Below, in pieces: positions 26,621-34,251 of a stretch of 62,376 bases of DNA. The notes beneath the pieces are model-generated. The model was not told where the DNA came from. It saw only the letters and a list, made by a program, of their open reading frames with translations, and ran no database searches. Location: assembly GCA_001871075.1 (NCBI GenBank), contig MNUP01000143.1, positions 1 to 62,376 on the forward strand, read 5' to 3'. This DNA is from Candidatus Desantisbacteria bacterium CG1_02_49_89 (GTDB taxonomy: Bacteria > Desantisbacteria > UBA1551). How positions within the stretch are numbered: the first letter of the stretch is position 1; the number at the start of each line of letters is the position of its first letter. The translations under genes and the position numbers were made by a program.

Positions 26621-26710
26621 GAGAATCGTTGAACTTCGTTGTAACATCGTTTTAAAATCGTTAACGATTTTAAAACGACTCTATAACGATTTAACAACGA
26701 TTTAACGTTG
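26621..26710. repeat. ATCGTT / AACGAT word-array palindrome between the rtcB stop and the downstream gene start
   Basis: Four atcgtt-type words, then the perfect palindrome aaaatcgttaacgatttt, then four aacgat-type words. Confidence 0.8.
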
Positions 26711-29686
26711 TCAGCCTTTAATAACCCCTATCGGCCTCATTTTCGCGACCTTCCTTGAAAGGCCGGCTCCGTGCACGACATTCACGACGTCGTTCACGTT
26801 CTTATACGCTTCCGGGATCTCCTCCATAAGGGTTTCTATCTCGGCCGAACGCACGATAATGCCCTTTTCTGAGAATTCCTTCAGGAGCGGCCTTTCGCGG
26901 CTTGCCCTGATGGCAGCGTGCCTTGACATCAACCTTCCCGCGCCGTGGCATACCGTGCCGAAAGTTTCTTTCATCGCAAGCTCGGTCCCGGCCAGCACGT
27001 ATGAATTCCTTCCCATGTCCCCGGGGATCAGCACCGGCTGGCCGGTTTTCGCGTAGAGCCCGGGAAGTCCAGGGCTTCCTGACGGGAAAGCCCTGGTCGC
27101 GCCTTTCCTGTGGACGCATACCTTCTGCTTTTTCCCGGATACATAGTGCTCCTCGAACTTCGCGACATTGTGAGCGACGTCATATACCTGCTTCATACCA
27201 AGCGATTCCGCGCTTTCCCCAAAAACTTCCTCGAAGACCTTCCTTGTCCAGTGGGTTATGCACTGCCTGTTCGTCCAGGCGTAATTGGCAGCCGAAGCCA
27301 TTGCCTCGAAATAGTCCCTGCCCTCCTTTGAACTAATGGGAGCGCAGGCAAGCTGCTTGTCCGGGAGCTGTATCCTGTATTTCTGGACCGCGCCCTGCAT
27401 AACGACTATGTAGTCGTCGCAGACCTGGTACCCGAAACCCCTGGAACCGGTATGGATCATCACGACTATCTGGTCCTTTTCGATCCCGAAAACTTCCGCG
27501 GTTTCCGGCTCAAAGATCTCCTCCACTACCTGCACCTCCAGGAAATGGTTTCCCGCGCCCAGGGTCCCAAGCTGTTTAAGCCCCCTGTCCGTGGCTTTTT
27601 TGCTTACTTTGTCCGGGTTGGCTCCCTGCATAGAACCGTTCTCCTCAGTGAATTCAAGGTCTTCCTTCCACCCGTATCCCCTGTCAACCGCCCATTTCGC
27701 GCCCTTTGTCATAACCTTCGCTGCTTCGGAATAATCAAGGTGTATGCCGCCCTTTGAACCGACGCCTGAAGGTATCGCGCTGAAAAGAGCGTCTACAAGA
27801 ATTCCCACCTTATCCTTAACGTCTTTAATGTGGAGATCGGTCCGCAGCAGCCTGACGCCGCAGTTTGAAACAACAAAATTATTTGCAGTGAAATTGTGGT
27901 CCCTGTGATCCACGGTAAAGTCATAGACATAACCGCTGAAATCTACCTTTTCGATCTTCTCGATCCTGTCCCATACATAGACAGTGCGCTCCAGCCCCGC
28001 CGAGATCTCTTTTTTATAACCAGAATACCCCGGGAAATTGAGCGCGATCCTCGGTTTTTCTCTCCCCTCGTAAAGCGACCTTTCCAGAAATCTTCTGTTG
28101 ACGAATTCCGAACTTAGCTCAGAATAGATCCTTGAAGGACCTTCGCCGGCCTGATGCATTGCCAAAGCCGTCCGCGCCGCGAAATCCCTTTTTCTGACCA
28201 CTTTGCCTTTGACCCTCAGATACTGAACCACGGCGTTACTTTCATCTCTCTTGTTTTTGTTATATTCAAAATTCACGGTTTCGTAGAACCTTATCAAATT
28301 TTCCGCGTCATTGCTGACAACAAGGCGCAGGCGATGCGAAATATCTCTGTTCTTGTTTATATGTTCTTCTCTTTCACCTATTTTTTGCAGTGTGACCCCG
28401 AACCCTGAAAGAAGTAATCCGATCTGCCCGAGAAAACGCCTGGCATTATCCGAGAGTTCCTTCAATTTATTCATAGAGACGCAGGGGGAATGAAAATTAA
28501 ACTGGTTCGGGATAGGTTTCGGGCTTGACATTTCCGCGCCAAAAAATGAAGCAAGGAACAACCGTTTCTGCCAGAGAGGCGCGTTAAAGATCCACTGCGG
28601 AACTTCATATTCCTGGCTGACTTTTTTCCCCTGAGGCACGCCCAGTGAAACCAGCAGGCCCGCAAAAACTGTTCCGACAACCTTTATCATATGTTCATTA
28701 TGGACAAATTCATAATGGTCATAGGAAGTATCTATTTTGCAGTTCCTGACACGGGTGTAGACCCTGGAAGGGGTAAACCCGAGTTTCAGAATATCCCTGC
28801 GTATATCTTCAAGGTCCTCGGGCTTGCCGTAGAATTGCGTCACTCCCTTGCCTGTTTTGTGCTGGAAATATATCGTTCCGTCCCCGAACACATAGCCCAT
28901 AATCTTTAACAGGTACGGAACCTGCGGAGAATTATACCTGATCGGCATGCAGTTCCTTTTCCCGAGAAACGTCATTGCCTGTCTCAACCCGGAACCCCGC
29001 AGGCCTTTGCCGAATCTCATAAGCACGGTTTTGATCTTTTGTTCATTAATAATGATTTTTTCACCCGGATCCTCGTAAGGCACGCCTGTAAAATGCCGGA
29101 CAGCAACGGTGTCCCCGCCTGCCAGGTCTTTTATCGGCACCATTCCGTCGGGAGTCCAGAAAGGATGGTCCGCGGTTGCCGTTACCTCCCTGCCGCTGCA
29201 GGTTTTTAGCCTGTAAATCTGGTTTTGTGGTTTTATTTTAATAAATCTGCCGATAGAAGCAACCGCTGCCGAAGATTCAGCGAGAACCACGGAACTCAGG
29301 CTTATCTCTCTCCATTTTTTTTCGAACTCTTCTATCGGCATATAGTAACCATGCTCGCACGTGATCTTCGTATCGCCCGGGAGGCAGTTTATGTCATAAC
29401 CCACCCCGCCAGGAGAAATGACCCCCTGTTCGGGATCCGTGGCTGCAACTCCCCCTATCGCGAATCCGTAACCCCAGTGTATATCCGGCATGCCAAAAGA
29501 GAAATTTATTATTCCGGGAAGATAAGCAACATTCCTAACCTGGTTCAGGCTCTGCTCTTTCCTGATATCAGCCATGAGTTTCTCGTCCGCGTACACAATG
29601 CCAGGGACGCGCATCCCTTCTTCCTTCGGGAGGCGCCATCTGTACTCATCCATTTTTTCTATTTTACCCTGCCATTGTTCACCCAT
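26711..29686 (-). CDS. rtcB: RNA-splicing ligase RtcB, interrupted by an in-frame intein
   Basis: The RtcB motif GGVGYDIN-C...SN-CGVRLL is split. Exteins of 100 + 383 aa give a normal ~483-aa RtcB. ATG at 29686 follows GGAGG. Confidence 0.9.
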   Translation of the reverse strand: MGEQWQGKIEKMDEYRWRLPKEEGMRVPGIVYADEKLMADIRKEQSLNQVRNVAYLPGIINFSFGMPDIHWGYGFAIGGVAATDPEQGVISPGGVGYDINCLPGDTKITCEHGYYMPIEEFEKKWREISLSSVVLAESSAAVASIGRFIKIKPQNQIYRLKTCSGREVTATADHPFWTPDGMVPIKDLAGGDTVAVRHFTGVPYEDPGEKIIINEQKIKTVLMRFGKGLRGSGLRQAMTFLGKRNCMPIRYNSPQVPYLLKIMGYVFGDGTIYFQHKTGKGVTQFYGKPEDLEDIRRDILKLGFTPSRVYTRVRNCKIDTSYDHYEFVHNEHMIKVVGTVFAGLLVSLGVPQGKKVSQEYEVPQWIFNAPLWQKRLFLASFFGAEMSSPKPIPNQFNFHSPCVSMNKLKELSDNARRFLGQIGLLLSGFGVTLQKIGEREEHINKNRDISHRLRLVVSNDAENLIRFYETVNFEYNKNKRDESNAVVQYLRVKGKVVRKRDFAARTALAMHQAGEGPSRIYSELSSEFVNRRFLERSLYEGREKPRIALNFPGYSGYKKEISAGLERTVYVWDRIEKIEKVDFSGYVYDFTVDHRDHNFTANNFVVSNCGVRLLRTDLHIKDVKDKVGILVDALFSAIPSGVGSKGGIHLDYSEAAKVMTKGAKWAVDRGYGWKEDLEFTEENGSMQGANPDKVSKKATDRGLKQLGTLGAGNHFLEVQVVEEIFEPETAEVFGIEKDQIVVMIHTGSRGFGYQVCDDYIVVMQGAVQKYRIQLPDKQLACAPISSKEGRDYFEAMASAANYAWTNRQCITHWTRKVFEEVFGESAESLGMKQVYDVAHNVAKFEEHYVSGKKQKVCVHRKGATRAFPSGSPGLPGLYAKTGQPVLIPGDMGRNSYVLAGTELAMKETFGTVCHGAGRLMSRHAAIRASRERPLLKEFSEKGIIVRSAEIETLMEEIPEAYKNVNDVVNVVHGAGLSRKVAKMRPIGVIKG
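27863..29386 (-). mobile_element. Intein (508 codons) with LAGLIDADG homing-endonuclease domain
   Basis: Block A CLPGDTKI, block B TATADHPFW, LAGLIDADG-like IMGYVFGDGT and LFLASFFGAE, and terminal VYDFTVDHRDHNFTANNFVVSN followed by Cys+1. Confidence 0.85.
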
Positions 29687-29960
29687 TTCTCCTCCACTGC
29701 GTATCAACGTATCAACGTGTCAACGTGTCAGAGTTTTTACTCGTACATCGTTCTTCGTGCATCGTGCATCGCAAACAATTCTCTGTGCCGTAGGGTCATT
29801 GACCTGGTTCTGACCCGAAGGTCCCTGCGTTATAGCTCCGGCTTCATCGGAGCTGCAGGGAACTCAGTGCCTCCGTGGTATATCATTTATTCGTATGCAT
29901 CCCGCCTCTTCGGCGGATCGCCGTAGTGGCGACCGTCTGCATTTATACAATCCGTCTGAA

Positions 29961-32024
29961 TCAGAAAAAAGTAAGCATGTTCGACCTGAAGCTCCAGTAG
30001 CCGATCACGGAAAAGCCCGAGGGGGCTTTCAGGAAAGCAAGATCAAACCCCCAAAGCCCTAAAGAAGTGTTTATGAGGAACGTATCCGGCGTAAACAGGG
30101 GAAAAGAAGCCTCTATCGCGAATTTTTTCGTGCCCCAGGGAACGTTCATGTCAAACCCGACGAACAGCGCGTGCGAATCGCTCCCGATGCTCCAGTTCTT
30201 CGAGAGTTGGCCCTGATTGGTTCTGTCGGCATAATGGATCTCTTTCAGAAAACTGTTTAAGAAACTCCCGTACAGGTAGCCGAAATGAAAGCCAAAATCA
30301 CCCACCTGTTTGCTTCCCACAGCGTAAAAATCCATTATCCAGGGAGCGCCTGAAAGCTCCATCAGATCGAACGATTCGCCTATTGATTTGAACAGCCAGC
30401 CCCTTGTGCCGAAAGCGATCGTAGGCATCCAGTCTTTCTTATCGAACTCAAGCGGCAGTCTCCTTATAAAAAGAGAGGAGCCGCCCAGCTGCTCCTGCAG
30501 TTCAGGCCTTAAAGGCGGCATCGGCAAAGACTGTTCTCCGCCGAACAGGAGCAGTAAAAAATGCGTGAATTCTTCAAGTATGGGTTTTGCAAAAGAATAT
30601 TTAACGTCCGCGCCGAACATAAAGATCCTGTAGGGAGTAAAAAAGGAAGGTTGCTTATTAGCGTATCCGAAAATTTCTCCTATATAAAAATTGAAAAGAA
30701 AATCTGCGTTAAAACCTGTTTCCCAGTCATGCTTAGGGCTCATCCTGACGTACGCGGTGGGCATCAGGGAAAGCCCCGCCCTTAGCGGAGGAATATAAGC
30801 CGGAATAACCGGCGGAACGGTTTCCTTTGCAGCGGTTACACCCGCAGCTCTCTCCACTATTTGCGCGTAATCCAGCCCGGAGATCCTGTAAGCAATATTC
30901 CTGGCAGAAATACGCAGGCTGTCCCCGCTGGTTCCCGTGCATTGTTCGGTCTCTTCTTTTTCAACCAGGCCTGACTGGACATCTATAAGCTGAAGGGTAA
31001 TAACGGAAGTTTCGCCGGTTTTTTCCAGGGAACCCGCGAACATTTTTTTCGCGTTGAGAAGCCTGCCCGCCTCCAAAATACACTCCAGTGAAATGCAGCC
31101 GGCAAGCTGGAACGACTTACCCCTCAGGATCTCCTGCATATCTCCGCGCGCAAGCACCTTATATTTTTTGGCGCTTTCTATCTGAGAACGCAGATGATCT
31201 GACAGGACAAAAGCGGTATCTGCCAGCGAAACATCCTTTGCTTCCAGGTCCATTACCGCGGCAATGACCGCCTGCTGCTGGGCGGCGGCAGTATCAACAA
31301 CGGATTGGATATTAACCCCTTCTTTTGCAGGAAGCCCTGCAATTTTGTTTGCAATATTCCTCACCGAAACAAGAAGGGTGTCTTCCTCGCATTTAGCGCA
31401 CTCTTCAGTCTCTGCCTTTCCTATTTTGCCTGATTCCACATCAATAATTTTAAGAGTTATAACATAGGTAACGCCTATTTTGGTAACTACACCCGCGAAC
31501 ATTTTGCGCACGCCCAAGAGCTGGCCGACTTGGACAACGCATTCGTTACTTGTGCAGCCTGAGAGCTGGAGCTTCTGCTCCTTCAGGAGATCTTCTACAT
31601 TTTCGCGTGTCACGATATCAAACTTCTGCGTGTTGATAAGCTGAACCCTTAGGTAGTCGGACAGAGATTTTGCCACGCCCGCAGAAACTCCTTCCTGCGC
31701 CTCCAAATCCATCACTGCCGCGGTTGTCTTTTGTTCCTGCATGGTAATATGGGTATCCACAACTGAAGCAGTTTCCAGAACCGCGGTTGCCTGGACCGTT
31801 GCCGTATCGAGTGCGGTTTTTATCTGCGCCGTATCCTGTACAAATGCCGCGGCAGTTTCGGATCTCATCTGTTCAGTATCGCCGGCCTGAAAAACGGCTG
31901 TCTCCGGTTTGATGGCAGTTGTCTCCTGAGAAAAACAGGCCCCGGTTGCCAGCATCCAGATTCCGGCTATAGCAGCAAAAACGTATGACGTTCGACGTAT
32001 GACGTTCGACGGTTTTCTATACAT
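29961..32024 (-). CDS. Secreted hypothetical protein with two tandem ~125-aa domains and a C-terminal beta-rich region
   Basis: The N-terminal hydrophobic segment suggests export. Residues ~103-232 and ~256-384 are clear paralogs (AAVMDLEA...SGC.S.EC...G.LL..KKMFAG...ID V.SG). The start overlaps the archease stop. Confidence 0.7.
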   Translation of the reverse strand: MYRKPSNVIRRTSYVFAAIAGIWMLATGACFSQETTAIKPETAVFQAGDTEQMRSETAAAFVQDTAQIKTALDTATVQATAVLETASVVDTHITMQEQKTTAAVMDLEAQEGVSAGVAKSLSDYLRVQLINTQKFDIVTRENVEDLLKEQKLQLSGCTSNECVVQVGQLLGVRKMFAGVVTKIGVTYVITLKIIDVESGKIGKAETEECAKCEEDTLLVSVRNIANKIAGLPAKEGVNIQSVVDTAAAQQQAVIAAVMDLEAKDVSLADTAFVLSDHLRSQIESAKKYKVLARGDMQEILRGKSFQLAGCISLECILEAGRLLNAKKMFAGSLEKTGETSVITLQLIDVQSGLVEKEETEQCTGTSGDSLRISARNIAYRISGLDYAQIVERAAGVTAAKETVPPVIPAYIPPLRAGLSLMPTAYVRMSPKHDWETGFNADFLFNFYIGEIFGYANKQPSFFTPYRIFMFGADVKYSFAKPILEEFTHFLLLLFGGEQSLPMPPLRPELQEQLGGSSLFIRRLPLEFDKKDWMPTIAFGTRGWLFKSIGESFDLMELSGAPWIMDFYAVGSKQVGDFGFHFGYLYGSFLNSFLKEIHYADRTNQGQLSKNWSIGSDSHALFVGFDMNVPWGTKKFAIEASFPLFTPDTFLINTSLGLWGFDLAFLKAPSGFSVIGYWSFRSNMLTFF

Positions 32025-32475
32025 CAAATATTACTCTCACTTTATACGCAAACCGCGTATCCCGCCCAGCAAAATTGGCGGGCAAGCTGCGTATCGCGTA
32101 TCGTTTAATCTCAAGCTGGTAATATGTAACTGCCTTGATCTCGGTTTTTAGGTGATGTTTTACCGGACTTATTTTCTCGCCGCTCGCTTTGCCGGTAAGA
32201 GAATATTTCCCGGAAATTTTGACCCTGAACTTACCGAATAGTATTTCTTCTTTGTTTACCCGGTAGAGCAGTTCGGTCAGCCAGTGGTGCATTAGGTCTT
32301 CAAGCGTCTTCGCCTTAACTCTGACAGCCGTACTTTTCGCCGGCTTCACTTCTGCCGAATCGCATAAAACGGCGAACATGCCGGACGCGGCATTCTCAAA
32401 AAGCCCGTTCAGGTTTTTCCCGTATGCCTCGATCCCGGCGTCAGCCGTATGGTCTATCAGTTTGTATTTTTTCAT
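32017..32475 (-). CDS. Archease (RtcB activator)
   Basis: MKKYKLIDHTADAGIEAYG archease N-terminal signature. 152 aa. Confidence 0.85.
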   Translation of the reverse strand: MKKYKLIDHTADAGIEAYGKNLNGLFENAASGMFAVLCDSAEVKPAKSTAVRVKAKTLEDLMHHWLTELLYRVNKEEILFGKFRVKISGKYSLTGKASGEKISPVKHHLKTEIKAVTYYQLEIKRYAIRSLPANFAGRDTRFAYKVRVIFDV

Positions 32476-32564
32476 ATATTAGATTTCAGCGATAAAAAAT
32501 CCCGATTACATCGATGGAAAAAAAATTAAATTATCGCTGCAATCGTCTTTTGAAATCGCTGTAA

Positions 32565-32852
32565 TCACTCGATTATTCTTGGGACCTTGAAATGCCCCCT
32601 GTCCTTGGCAGGCGCGTTCGAAAGCGCTTCTTCCCCGCTCAGGGACGGGCCGGCTTTGTCCTGCCTGAAAACGTTTTTAAGCCGGACCGCGTGGGTTGTC
32701 GGTTCAACGCCTTTAGTGTCCAGCTCGCTCAGCTTGTCGATGTAAGCGAGTATCTTGTCCAGCTGGGCCGTGAATTCCTCTTTCTCGTCTTCGGTCAGCG
32801 CCAGCCTCGCAAGGTTAGCTATATATTCAACTGCCTTCCTGTCTATCTTCAT
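32565..32852 (-). CDS. gatC: Asp/Glu-tRNA amidotransferase subunit C
   Basis: 95 aa with VEYIANLARLALTEDEKEEFTAQLDKILAYIDKLSELDT, typical of GatC. Confidence 0.85.
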   Translation of the reverse strand: MKIDRKAVEYIANLARLALTEDEKEEFTAQLDKILAYIDKLSELDTKGVEPTTHAVRLKNVFRQDKAGPSLSGEEALSNAPAKDRGHFKVPRIIE

Positions 32853-32864
32853 TTTTAACCTCTT

Positions 32865-34217
32865 TTAAGTCGAATGCATCGCGGTAATATATTTTTTAGG
32901 CCAACTTAGAATCCTCTTTTTCCTGCTGTATGCTTCTTTAAAAGCGTCGTAAAAAGTCTCTAAGGAATCAATATTTTTTTTAAAAATCTTGTCTATCTCG
33001 TAATCCTCTTTAAGACCCATTGATTCTGCAAGGCCTTTTTTCATCGCTGATTTTATCCTGACCGTCCCGAACCTTTCAGACAGAGACGCTCCAAACAACG
33101 TCTCGAATTCGTCCTCAACCGGAAATTCCGGCTCTGAAGGCTTCTCTTTTACGACAACCCCGAATTCAGTCTCCTTTCCATCCCTTTCTATGACAATTTT
33201 TACTGTATCACCGATATTCATCACAAGAATAGCACTCTGCAGCTGCCAGATATTTTTAACCTGCGCACCGTTTATTTTCCTTATTACATCGTATTTCATC
33301 ATGAGCGGTCTAGTGTCAGCCACCGCAGCCACGATTACGCCCTCTTCAACCGTTATATTTTTCTTCTTCTCATCCTTCAGCCAGTCCTTGAGCTCCGTTG
33401 AAATGCAAAGGACCGCGATCCCGATCCAGGGTCTTTTTATCTGTTTAGTTTTTATGCCTTTGATTATTTCAGACGCCAGAGTGGACGGTACGGCAAAATT
33501 CAGGCCTTCGGAGTATTGCTTTGAGTAACCCGTGTAAGTTACTCCTATAACCTCACCTTTAGAATTGAGCAGCGGGCCTCCGATGCTGCCGGGATTTATG
33601 GCAGCATCTGTCTGCAAAAGACCCTCATATTCAAGGTAATCAAAACAGCGGTCTCTGGCGCTTATGATACCGCGCGTAACGGATTTTTCCAGGCCAAGCG
33701 GGTTCCCCACCGCGAACACCTGTTCCCCGACGGTAATATTCTCGGAATTTCCGAGCTTCAACGGAACAAAGGAGCATTCGGTTTCAACCTGCAGCAGGAC
33801 CAGACAGGAGGCATAATCCTGCATAAAAATCCTGGCTCCGTATTCCTTCTTGTCCGACGACATGATCTTGATCTCTTCTATCTCGTCTGTATCGTTGAAA
33901 AATCCATTGCACGTCATAACATAGCATACCGTGTCAATTTTGTCCGCGACAAAACCAGAACCTACATCGGTAAACTGGGATGCTCTCTCCTTTTTAACGC
34001 GTATTCCCACCACGTTCAGCGCTGCATCCCCGATAACTTTGGTCACGCTGCCTTCATCGGTCTTCTGCCCGGCCTGCGTGAGCCTGGCCCCGCAGCCTGT
34101 GCAGAACTTGTTCGCACCGTCGTTTTTCGTCCCGCATTCCGGGCAGAAAGCGGCTAATGCGATCCCCGAAACAAAAATCAAAGTGACCGCAAAAAGAAAC
34201 AGTAGTATTTTCTTCAT
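32865..34217 (-). CDS. HtrA-like pseudoprotease with N-terminal TM + zinc ribbon and PDZ (paralog 1)
   Basis: Aligns with paralogs 2 and 3, but all triad positions are substituted: TNAHV to TCNGF, TDIAVL to SCLVLL, GNSGGP to GSIGGP. Confidence 0.8.
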   Translation of the reverse strand: MKKILLFLFAVTLIFVSGIALAAFCPECGTKNDGANKFCTGCGARLTQAGQKTDEGSVTKVIGDAALNVVGIRVKKERASQFTDVGSGFVADKIDTVCYVMTCNGFFNDTDEIEEIKIMSSDKKEYGARIFMQDYASCLVLLQVETECSFVPLKLGNSENITVGEQVFAVGNPLGLEKSVTRGIISARDRCFDYLEYEGLLQTDAAINPGSIGGPLLNSKGEVIGVTYTGYSKQYSEGLNFAVPSTLASEIIKGIKTKQIKRPWIGIAVLCISTELKDWLKDEKKKNITVEEGVIVAAVADTRPLMMKYDVIRKINGAQVKNIWQLQSAILVMNIGDTVKIVIERDGKETEFGVVVKEKPSEPEFPVEDEFETLFGASLSERFGTVRIKSAMKKGLAESMGLKEDYEIDKIFKKNIDSLETFYDAFKEAYSRKKRILSWPKKYITAMHST

Positions 34218-34251
34218 GTTATTTTCATATTAACTGCCTACCCTGCGGATC

